Part shown: positions 27,669-35,633 of the stretch, in pieces | How the letters are laid out: every line of letters starts with the position of its first letter | How positions within the stretch are numbered: position 1 is the stretch's first letter | NCBI GenBank assembly: GCA_028287085.1 | Contig: JAQBQI010000114.1 | Span: 6,755 to 70,754, forward strand | Reading direction: 5' to 3' | From: Myxococcaceae bacterium | GTDB lineage: Bacteria > Myxococcota_A > Polyangia > Polyangiales > Ga0077539 | DNA length: 64,000 nucleotides | Notes under the pieces: generated by a model | The model's database searches: none | What the model saw: only the letters and a program-made list of their open reading frames with translations | Told to the model about the DNA's origin: nothing | Position numbers and translations under genes: made by a program

Positions 27669-30600
27669 GTCGCGATGAGGTCCTTGAACGCGAGGTCGCG
27701 CACGGTGACGAGCCGATCGCGACATCCCTCGGTCGAGAGACCGCGGCACAGGCTGGTGTGCTTCGGCAGCGCGCCGATCTTCGCGGCGATGTTCACCGCT
27801 TCGTCGCGAGTGTTGAGGGAGAACAGCGACGAGAGGCTCTTCCGGTCGACGTTTGCCATCTGGTGGAGGATCCAGGTGCCGATGCTCGCCTTCAGTTCCT
27901 CGCCGCCCTGATCGAAGTGCGAGAGGAACTGCGTGGAGAGGATCACGCCGCAGCCGAACGACCGACCCTGCTGCAGGATGTATCGGAGGCTCTCGATGTT
28001 GAGGCTCAGGAAGTCGTCGGCCTCGTCGACGAGGATCATGCGACGGAGTTGGCGCAGCTCCTTACCGGGTGCCTCCCCGGGCGCGAGAGGCGCCTCCGCG
28101 CCTTGGAGCATCTGCCGGTAGAACGCGTTCATGAAGAACGCGATGATCGCGCGGATGGTCGGCCTCATGCCCGCGAGTGGTTGGAGGTCGATGACGTTGA
28201 TGCCGTCGAAGAGCGCGCCGATGTCGGCCTCCGGCGCCTCCTCGGCGAACACCCCGAGGTCGACGAGTTCGCTAAGCAGCGACTGCGGAGAGCCGGCGGC
28301 GAGGTCGCGCTTTGTGAGGAGATCGAGGAGGTCCTTGATGGTCGGGAAGGGCCTCGTGAAGGTCTTCGGGTCAGCGGCGTCGATGCCGGCGTCGGCGAGG
28401 CACGCCTGCACGCCCTTGACGATCTGATCGCGCTGCACGCGGCCGATGCGGGGCTCGATCGCGAGCAGCGTGTCCGCGAACGAGTACACCATCCGCGTGA
28501 GGTCCTGCCTGTTCTGCGGGGCGCTGGGGCGGAGCGGGTTCAGCGGCAGGCCCTCGGGCGGCAACACTGTCGCGCCGATCCGCCGCGGGAAGTCGTCGCG
28601 GGTATTGAGGCCGTAGTCGCCCTTGTAGTCGAACACGAGCACCCCGGGCGGCTTGCCTCCGGGGTTGAACTCCGCTTGTCCGACGAGCTGCGCGATCAGA
28701 GACTTCGTGAGCTGCGTCTTGCCGGTACCCATCGTGCCCGTGATCCCCACGTTGTAGTGGTTCACTCGGTCGACGCGGTTTGGTGTCCAGATCGCTGGGG
28801 TCATAGCGCCGGGTTGCAGGACGTCGCCGATGCGGACGACGATCCCCTCGTCGCTTCGGCGCGACGCGCCGGGCTTAGGCTGCGCTGGCGGCGTTCCGTC
28901 CTGTACGGGCGGAGTGTTCGCGGCCGAGGGCGCTGCGGTCGGCGCTGCGGCCGGCAGGGGAGGATCGACCGCACGCGCGGCCGTCGACGCGAGCGGAGCG
29001 GTCGTCGTAGGCGGCTGAGTGCGGGTTACGCCACCGCTCGCGACCGCGCGCGGCTCGGCGGGGCCCTGCGACGGCCCGGCACCCTGCGGCTTGCGCCGGA
29101 CTCGCGGAGTCGGGCCACCGAGGTCGAGGGGAGGCATGATGAAGAAGCGCACCAACACGGCTTCGCCCGGGACCGGCTCACCCTGAACGTCGAGCATGGG
29201 GTGCGACTCCTCGAAGCGCGTGTCTTCGGTCCACGGGGCTTCGGGGACGATCCAGCACTCGACGACGAGGGGCGGGCACTCGCGCTCCTGAAGCCGTCGG
29301 TCGAAGTCGGTGAGCACGGCGCGCCACTCTGACGCGAGCCGCTGCCTGCTCGCCTCCATCCAGGCGACGCGCTGGAGGGCTGTCTTCGGCTCCGCGTTCG
29401 CGGGTGCGGCGAAGCAGGCGCGCACTCGCGCGGCGGCGACCCGCGCCTGCGTCGACAAGTGCTCCCGCGCGGCCGGTGTCGCGAAGGTCGCGTTCTTCTG
29501 GCGCGCCTTCAACTCGACGACGCGCAGGGGCCCGAGCGCGGCGCGGTCGCGGTCCGCGGCCTCGACGAGGACGAGGTCGGCCCGGGAGCGGTCGACGTTG
29601 AAGTGCCGCTGAACCGCGCGCGCCCAGCGGTGCCCCTCGGGACAATCGAGGCTGAGCGGCAGCGTGGGGTTCGCGTCGCCCGCCCGGGCCTCCACGAACG
29701 CGCGGGTCAGCGCGATCTGTCCGCGGAGGTGGCGCTCGTCGAGCCCCTCGAGGAGGTCCGCCAGCAACGAGCGGCACGAGTACAGCGACAGCACCGCCGC
29801 GCGCATTCGCTCGACGTTGAGCCCCTTCGCGCTCGTCGTCACCCGCTCAAGTGCGGCGCCGAGGTCCCGGCGGAGCGCGCCGCCATCGCAGATCACCGCC
29901 GCGACGTGGCCGTCGACCTCGCCGTAGCTCACGAGGCTCGTGTCCGCGGTCGGCTTCACAGGCCAGCCGCCGCGGGCGACCAGGGCGCGTACGATGGCCC
30001 CCCCGATGTCAGCCGGGCGCGTCGACGGGTCGAGCCCGGTTGGCTTGCGGGCGAGATCGAGCCCGTCCAGGAGGGCGTCGTACGAGTCGAGCGATGACAC
30101 GCCTCGCACGCAGATCGCGGCGACGTTGCCGTTCGGGCCGGGCACGTACGAGAGCGGCAGGCCTCCGCCCCTCCCTCCCGTGTCCTCGGCCAGCCGGGCG
30201 TACGGCGTGTCGACCGCATGGATCGCGAGGTGGCAGAGTTCGTCGTCCGCGAGCTCCGTGGCGCGCCGGGGGAGGCCGAGGCTGACCCCGTCGCCGCGCG
30301 TCGCCTCGAGGGCTTCCCGCGCCGTCACCGAGAGGTCGGCCGGGTCCGGCCGCCGCCACGCCTCGGCGCGTTTCGCGTCGGTGAATGTCGCGCGCACTTC
30401 GAGGTGCAGCCCCTCGCCGACGTCGGCGTCGTCCTCGAAGCGACGCCGCGCTTCGACGCAGAGCGCGTCGATCGCCGCCGTCGCGTCCGGTAGGTCGACG
30501 AGCTCGACGGAAACGGACGAGGCGAGGCGTCTCGGGGCAAGCATCGCCCACAGCGCTCCGAGCCCCTGCCGGACCGCGAGCGCGACGCCGCGCGCAGACG

Positions 30601-32362
30601 GCCACGCGCGTGTCGACAGGGCGTAGACGTCCGCGATGTTGTCCGGAAGCAGCGTCTGGGGGTGGTCGTAGACCAGCGCGAGGCGCGGCGGCATCGCGGG
30701 CGGCTCGACTCCGTTCTTCAACCACAGGAGCGCCCTGACGACGCGGAAGGGGTGGAGAGGGAGGAGGCGCGCCGCGGTCGCGGTGGCACCCTCCGCGGCG
30801 AAGGCGAGGTCGAGGTTCGCGAGCCACTCGACCACCCGCTGCGACGGCGCCCCGCTCGGGTACACGGCGTTGATGAGCGATTGGTACGCGTCGACATAGG
30901 CCGACGCGCGATCCGGCAGCCGCCCTACGACGACGAGGGGGTGCGCGTCGAGCAGTGCAAGCGCGAGCATGACCCCCGCCTCGGGCCCGGACTCGCCCTC
31001 GCCGAGCGTCGCGTCCGGCTCGGACTGCATCATCCCGATCGTCGCGCTCACGAGGTCCGCGCGGGCGGCCAGGAAGCGATCAATCGGGTTTCGCAGCGCG
31101 GCGAGGTGCGCGGCCTCGGTCTCGATCCCGCTGTCGCGCCCGCGGAGCTTGGCGGTCGGAATGCGCCGCGTCGCCCTCAGTTGTGCGGTGTCGGACACCT
31201 CAATGCAGTCGCCGAAGCGGACCTGCCGAATCAGGAGTTCGGGGTCCTTGGAGGACAGCAGCGCGCGCAGCAGTCCGCGGGGCGTCGCCGGGCGCAGGAC
31301 GACTGAGACGCCGCCGTCGGTCTCCACGGAGAACGTCGGGTCGTCGTCGTCGGCCTCGCCGAGTTCGCCGGCGACTCGTCCGCTCTGGAAGGCATCGGGG
31401 AGGTCGTCGAGGAGAGCCTCGTCGGTGTACCCCTCCGAGCGGGGCTCCTCGCCTTCGTCGCCTCCGGGCTCCTCGCCTTCGTCCGCGGGCAGTGCCAGCG
31501 CTCGCTCGCCGGCGCGGAGGAGACGAGCGAACTCCACGGTGATCCCGCAGAGCTCGCCGGCATCCTCGGAGACGCCGGTAGCGAACTTGTAGGCGGCGTG
31601 CGCGAGTCGGGCCGCCTCCTTGATGGGGTCGTCGACGTCGGGCAGCAGCGCGCCGGCCAACGTCCGCTCCACGGCTGCGGTCTCCTCGCCGCTCAACGCG
31701 CTCAGCCGCTGCATCACGCGCTTGATCGCCCCCGCCGCCTTAACGCCGCGGAGCAGGTCGAGCTCACGTGCCGGCGTCGGCCCGGGGAGCGCTTTCGGCT
31801 GCCGCGCCGGGACGAGCCCCAGTAGCGGCAGCGCTCGCGCCTCGCTCGTGCTGCGCGCGAGCTCCGCGTATCGCGCGAGCGTGGTCACGCTCGTGTCCGC
31901 GACGCGCGTCCGCACCAGCCGGGCCCTGCGCGACGCGAGGTCCGCGAGCATCTGCCAGCCCGCGGACGCGGCGTACGCCTCCGCCACCTTCTCGGGCGTC
32001 ACCTCGGTGAGCACGTTCAGGCCCGCCTCCCCGGGCGTGGAGTCGGTGTTGAGGTACACGAGGAAGCCGATCGTCTCGCCCTCTTCCGCGCGCGCGTTCC
32101 GGAGGCGGGTGGCCTCCGCGGCCGCGGCGTGCGGTTCGAGCACGATCACCTGCGGCGGCAGCTCGACGCCGGGGCGCTTCGAAGATCCAATGATGAAGCG
32201 GGCACCGCTGCATCGCGGCTCGCGCGCCAGCTCGACCGCGGCGCGCACGCATTCGTCGAGGTGATCCTCGGTCGGAAACGCATGCGAGCGCAGACCGAAG
32301 TCGGTCGCGCGGAGCTCGTCGACGCAGACCTTGAGCGCGCGGAAGATGACGTCTTCGATCAT
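27665..32362 (-). CDS. Giant protein (1565 aa), DptH/DndH-like: N-terminal unknown domains, PD-(D/E)xK-like segment, Pro/Ala-rich linker, C-terminal HerA/FtsK-type ATPase
   Basis: Walker A is NVGITGTMGTGKTQL (28721-28750). Walker B is RRMILVDEADDF. Then GCGVILSTQF. A possible nuclease motif is RADLVLVEAAD..LRVVELKAR. The start forms an ATGA overlap with the upstream gene. Its size and its position after a P-loop protein and a ~470-aa protein match DptH. Confidence 0.75.
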   Translation of the reverse strand: MIEDVIFRALKVCVDELRATDFGLRSHAFPTEDHLDECVRAAVELAREPRCSGARFIIGSSKRPGVELPPQVIVLEPHAAAAEATRLRNARAEEGETIGFLVYLNTDSTPGEAGLNVLTEVTPEKVAEAYAASAGWQMLADLASRRARLVRTRVADTSVTTLARYAELARSTSEARALPLLGLVPARQPKALPGPTPARELDLLRGVKAAGAIKRVMQRLSALSGEETAAVERTLAGALLPDVDDPIKEAARLAHAAYKFATGVSEDAGELCGITVEFARLLRAGERALALPADEGEEPGGDEGEEPRSEGYTDEALLDDLPDAFQSGRVAGELGEADDDDPTFSVETDGGVSVVLRPATPRGLLRALLSSKDPELLIRQVRFGDCIEVSDTAQLRATRRIPTAKLRGRDSGIETEAAHLAALRNPIDRFLAARADLVSATIGMMQSEPDATLGEGESGPEAGVMLALALLDAHPLVVVGRLPDRASAYVDAYQSLINAVYPSGAPSQRVVEWLANLDLAFAAEGATATAARLLPLHPFRVVRALLWLKNGVEPPAMPPRLALVYDHPQTLLPDNIADVYALSTRAWPSARGVALAVRQGLGALWAMLAPRRLASSVSVELVDLPDATAAIDALCVEARRRFEDDADVGEGLHLEVRATFTDAKRAEAWRRPDPADLSVTAREALEATRGDGVSLGLPRRATELADDELCHLAIHAVDTPYARLAEDTGGRGGGLPLSYVPGPNGNVAAICVRGVSSLDSYDALLDGLDLARKPTGLDPSTRPADIGGAIVRALVARGGWPVKPTADTSLVSYGEVDGHVAAVICDGGALRRDLGAALERVTTSAKGLNVERMRAAVLSLYSCRSLLADLLEGLDERHLRGQIALTRAFVEARAGDANPTLPLSLDCPEGHRWARAVQRHFNVDRSRADLVLVEAADRDRAALGPLRVVELKARQKNATFATPAAREHLSTQARVAAARVRACFAAPANAEPKTALQRVAWMEASRQRLASEWRAVLTDFDRRLQERECPPLVVECWIVPEAPWTEDTRFEESHPMLDVQGEPVPGEAVLVRFFIMPPLDLGGPTPRVRRKPQGAGPSQGPAEPRAVASGGVTRTQPPTTTAPLASTAARAVDPPLPAAAPTAAPSAANTPPVQDGTPPAQPKPGASRRSDEGIVVRIGDVLQPGAMTPAIWTPNRVDRVNHYNVGITGTMGTGKTQLTKSLIAQLVGQAEFNPGGKPPGVLVFDYKGDYGLNTRDDFPRRIGATVLPPEGLPLNPLRPSAPQNRQDLTRMVYSFADTLLAIEPRIGRVQRDQIVKGVQACLADAGIDAADPKTFTRPFPTIKDLLDLLTKRDLAAGSPQSLLSELVDLGVFAEEAPEADIGALFDGINVIDLQPLAGMRPTIRAIIAFFMNAFYRQMLQGAEAPLAPGEAPGKELRQLRRMILVDEADDFLSLNIESLRYILQQGRSFGCGVILSTQFLSHFDQGGEELKASIGTWILHQMANVDRKSLSSLFSLNTRDEAVNIAAKIGALPKHTSLCRGLSTEGCRDRLVTVRDLAFKDLIAT

Positions 32363-33768
32363 TGGAGGCCCCCGTCGACCAGCACGACGTTGTCCGACTC
32401 CCGGCGCGCCAGTCCGAGCGTGACGAGGTGCTCGCGGTTAGCGCGGCCGACCTCGCGCAGCGTCGACGCCACGCCCCCGATCCCGAGGCGCCGCTCCGTG
32501 TCGTGCTCGTTCGGCCCCCCAAGCACGAGCCCCAGGCCCTCCGCCCGCGCGGCGAACTCGGGCCAGGGGACCGCGTGGCCGGGGTCGACGAGCGCGTGCG
32601 TGAGCGTCACGAGTTGACGCGGGCCCGGCTTGAAGTAGCGCTTGGCCCCGCCGCGCGCGTCGAGCGGGAACAGCCACCCGCCTGCAGCGCCCAGGTGGAG
32701 CGCGTGCGTGCTCGGCGAGTAGCGGTTGGCGTCGCCCCCTTTCTTGAGCGTCAGCCGCTCCTCCGCCGCGGTGTTGAGCGCGGCGCACGCGCGCTGCAGC
32801 GACTCCTGCGCGCGGGAGACCGCCTGCGCCATCGACGCCGCCTGGTCCGGCGGGCTCACGCAGAGCAGCAGCCGCCCCTCTCCCGCGTCGGGCCGCCAGC
32901 GCAGCAGCCGGACGCAGAGTACCAGGGTGGCGAGGTCGATCATCGCGGTGAGCGTCTCCGACTTCGACGCGCCGAAGCGGTGCCACTCGATCAACCGGCG
33001 CGCGAGCGTGCCGACCGTTTTGGACCACTGCGCCCAGCCGTCGCCGCTCGGCACCGGGAACGCCCCGACGAACTCGTCGGGCGAAAGCGGAGGGGCGGGC
33101 GATGTCGCCGAGCCGATGCCGAGCGCCACGGCGAGCGCAGAGTGCGGGTCATCGCTGCTGCAAGCGAGGTCGTAGAGGCCCGCGAGCGCGCGACAGCCGT
33201 CGGGCGTCGCGCTGAGCATGCCGAGGAATGTCGGCGCGTGCATTCCGCCGAGGGTGTGAGGGTCGTTGAATCCCACGAACGCGAGGCCGGGCGTCGTCGG
33301 GTCTGCAGCCCCGGAGACGGCCACCTTCCCGTCAGCGTTGAGGGCCGCAGCAACTGTGGCGTGCATGGCCGGGGTCAGCGCAAATCCTTCCTCGCTCGCG
33401 AAGTGGTCGCGCACGTGCGCCCGCCCGCGCTTCAGGAACTTCGGGTCGGCGGCGTGCGGTGGCGCGTCCAGGCGCAGTGGGCCGTCCTTCGTGCGCGTGA
33501 CGCAGAGAGCGCGCGCCTCGTCGCTAAGTTTCCAAGCCCCGGCGCCGAAGCGAGCGTCGAGCGCCTGCTTCACGGCGCCGACGTACGCCCGCAACGGCTG
33601 GTCCGTCGCGAGAAGGTGCGCCCACGGTGGGGCCGCGCCCGGCAGCAACCGGAGGAGTTGCATGACGCCGTTCGCGATGTGCACCGCGCGCACGTTGGAC
33701 GTCTGCACGAAGATCCCCCACGCGTCGTACTGCAACTTCTCCGGGGTCGCCCCGCCCTCACTCGCCAT
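32359..33768 (-). CDS. Hypothetical protein (469 aa), DptG/DndG-like by position and size
   Basis: It overlaps both neighbours (11 nt and 4 nt). It is a paralog of 39339-40787. The shared layout is a hydrophobic helix block, then ..LLLCVSPPDQ.. versus ..LVLALSPEQE.., then C-terminal ..GLARRESDNVVLVDGG versus ..GVARRLPDSGAEVGG. Confidence 0.65.
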   Translation of the reverse strand: MASEGGATPEKLQYDAWGIFVQTSNVRAVHIANGVMQLLRLLPGAAPPWAHLLATDQPLRAYVGAVKQALDARFGAGAWKLSDEARALCVTRTKDGPLRLDAPPHAADPKFLKRGRAHVRDHFASEEGFALTPAMHATVAAALNADGKVAVSGAADPTTPGLAFVGFNDPHTLGGMHAPTFLGMLSATPDGCRALAGLYDLACSSDDPHSALAVALGIGSATSPAPPLSPDEFVGAFPVPSGDGWAQWSKTVGTLARRLIEWHRFGASKSETLTAMIDLATLVLCVRLLRWRPDAGEGRLLLCVSPPDQAASMAQAVSRAQESLQRACAALNTAAEERLTLKKGGDANRYSPSTHALHLGAAGGWLFPLDARGGAKRYFKPGPRQLVTLTHALVDPGHAVPWPEFAARAEGLGLVLGGPNEHDTERRLGIGGVASTLREVGRANREHLVTLGLARRESDNVVLVDGGLQ

Positions 33769-35386
33769 CGGCGTTCTCCCATCGCACGCGAGTCTTGTTG
33801 CCGCTGCTCAGTTCGTCCGCCTGCACGGACAGCGGCGTCTGGTCGCCCGGGCGGGCGATCCGCACGCCGTCGCCGTGGGACACCGAGGGCGCTCGCGAGA
33901 GCCAACGCCGGAGCGTCAGCGCCTCGGACGGAGTGAGGTCGCCGCGCGCCCGCGCGTCGTCGTCGTAGAGCGCGCGGAAGAGGCGCGGCGTGACGCGAAG
34001 GGCGTCGTGCGCCGGCGCCGCGCCCGGCCGCTCAAAGCGGAGCCAGACGTACGGGGCGCGCCACACACCCTTGAGCGCCTCCGCCCCCGAGGGGTGGCAC
34101 CGAGGCAGCGCGATGCGGAGCGCGGCCGTGTCGACCGCGGTGCTCGCCACCGACGCGGCGCCCCCCTCCGCGCCCTGGTCGGTGCGCGCGCGGAGAGAGT
34201 CGTAGCAGAGCGTCTGCCACGCGGGGAACCACGTCCCAGCGCGCCACAGTTGGAGGGTCGCGTACACGCCGTCGAGGAGTTTCTTCGTAATGGCGCGCAT
34301 GTCGCCGACCCACCCCTCCGGCCGCTCCTGGAGGCGGTGCAACAGTTGGGCGTACGAGTCGTTGCTCGCCGCAGGTTGCAGCGCGGGGTCGTGCACCACG
34401 AGGGAGCGGACGACCGCCGCCCCCTCCCACTCGAAGGTCGGGTCGTCGGAGAGCGCTGCCAATCCGGGGAGGGCGCGCGCCCGCTGGGGGGCGGCGCCGA
34501 GGAGGACCTCTCGGCAGATGTGAGGGTGCGGGACGAGCGCTGGGTCGACCGCGGCGAGCGCGACGTCGAACTCTGCGGAGGCCCCTTTGTAATCGAAGAG
34601 GCGGGCGCCGACGGCGTCTCGGATCGACGGCGGTTCCGCGGAGTTCGCGCCGCGGCCGCCCGTGATGAGGAAGGCGATCAGCGACCACAGGTGGCGCATC
34701 GTGAGGTGCCCACCGCGCGACGCGACCTCCCCAAGGACGCGCTCGATCCAGCGCCGCACGTGGGGCGTGCGCAGTGCCTCCAGCGCGCACTCCGCGCACG
34801 CCCGCGCCCCGGGCGAAGTCCCCGAGAGGTCGACCGCGAGCGCCTTGTCGATCATCGCGTTGATTATCGATGGTGTGGAGGAGTCCAGCAGGCCGAGGTC
34901 CACGACGGCGACCTCGCCCGCAACGGCGTCGTCCCAGCGCGCGCGGAGTTGCGACTGCTCGACGGCGACGCGGACCAACCGCGCGAGGTCGTCGCCGCCG
35001 TCGCGCACCTGCGCGTGGAGGCGCTCCAACTGCCCGCGGTTAATCGCGAGGAGCAGGCGCTCGCCGCGCGCGAGCGCGGCCCGCAGATCGCCCGCGAGCG
35101 CCACGACGGGGTCTGCGCTCGCCGAGCGCGAGAGCGCCGCGGAGGCGTCGTAGATCGGGCGCAGGTTGCGGAGGTTCGCGGCGAGTACCGCGAAGGTCTT
35201 CCCGTCGCCCGCGTTGCCGGTCAGCACGACGTGCCGCGGGGCGACATCCGCATCGACCCGCTCGATGAAGCGCGCGAGCGGCGTCTCGACTCGTAGGGCC
35301 TCCCGGTGCGTCCGCGAGAGGTTCTCGACGACCGAGGCGTGCCCCCGATAGAGGTCAATCAGCAACTGGTACGTGAACGCTGTCAT
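33758..35386 (-). CDS. P-loop NTPase (542 aa), DptF/DndF-like; first gene of module X
   Basis: The N-terminus is MTAFTYQLLIDLYRG..RHVVLTGNAGDGKTF, with Walker A at ~35190-35230. It is a paralog of 37736-39346. Confidence 0.75.
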   Translation of the reverse strand: MTAFTYQLLIDLYRGHASVVENLSRTHREALRVETPLARFIERVDADVAPRHVVLTGNAGDGKTFAVLAANLRNLRPIYDASAALSRSASADPVVALAGDLRAALARGERLLLAINRGQLERLHAQVRDGGDDLARLVRVAVEQSQLRARWDDAVAGEVAVVDLGLLDSSTPSIINAMIDKALAVDLSGTSPGARACAECALEALRTPHVRRWIERVLGEVASRGGHLTMRHLWSLIAFLITGGRGANSAEPPSIRDAVGARLFDYKGASAEFDVALAAVDPALVPHPHICREVLLGAAPQRARALPGLAALSDDPTFEWEGAAVVRSLVVHDPALQPAASNDSYAQLLHRLQERPEGWVGDMRAITKKLLDGVYATLQLWRAGTWFPAWQTLCYDSLRARTDQGAEGGAASVASTAVDTAALRIALPRCHPSGAEALKGVWRAPYVWLRFERPGAAPAHDALRVTPRLFRALYDDDARARGDLTPSEALTLRRWLSRAPSVSHGDGVRIARPGDQTPLSVQADELSSGNKTRVRWENADGE

Positions 35387-35394
35387 CGGTGGCG

Positions 35395-35417
35395 CCCGCT
35401 CCCGCTCCCGCTCCCGC
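35395..35417. repeat. Tandem hexamer (CCCGCT)x3.8 immediately upstream of the module X start codon
   Basis: The sequence reads cccgct cccgct cccgct cccgc. On the minus strand this is GGGAGC repeats, that is, three consecutive GGAG Shine-Dalgarno-like motifs 9-30 nt upstream of ATG 35386. Confidence 0.8.
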
Positions 35418-35451
35418 GATTTCTCTTGCCAACAGTGGCCGGGCAGCTACC

Positions 35452-35474
35452 ATCGCCGATTCGCAGAGACTAGA
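35452..35474. promoter_or_regulatory. Palindrome in the divergent intergenic region (candidate operator)
   Basis: CGCAGAGA (35452-35459), the 7-nt spacer ctagagt, then TCTCTGCG (35467-35474). The arms are perfect 8-bp inverted repeats, located between the two divergent operons. Confidence 0.4.
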
Positions 35475-35633
35475 GTTCTCTGCGGGGACGGGTGCGCATT
35501 GTTCGCCGAAACCGTTGATTTTAGCGGTAGATCCACACACATCCCGGTCCAGGTCCGCGGACATAGGCTGACCAGGACTGTTCTTGAGATCGCGCGCGCC
35601 CTCCATCGCGGGGACTGGGATCGCGCGCGACGG

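Noticed and set aside
35395-35417. Short tandem repeats (CCCGCT x3.8 here; GGCGGCAAG x3 at 41600-41626), considered as possible CRISPR or array-like structures.
   Set aside because: The units are 6-9 bp, directly tandem and without spacers, so they are simple microsatellite-type repeats. No CRISPR-like repeat-spacer array was seen anywhere in the window.
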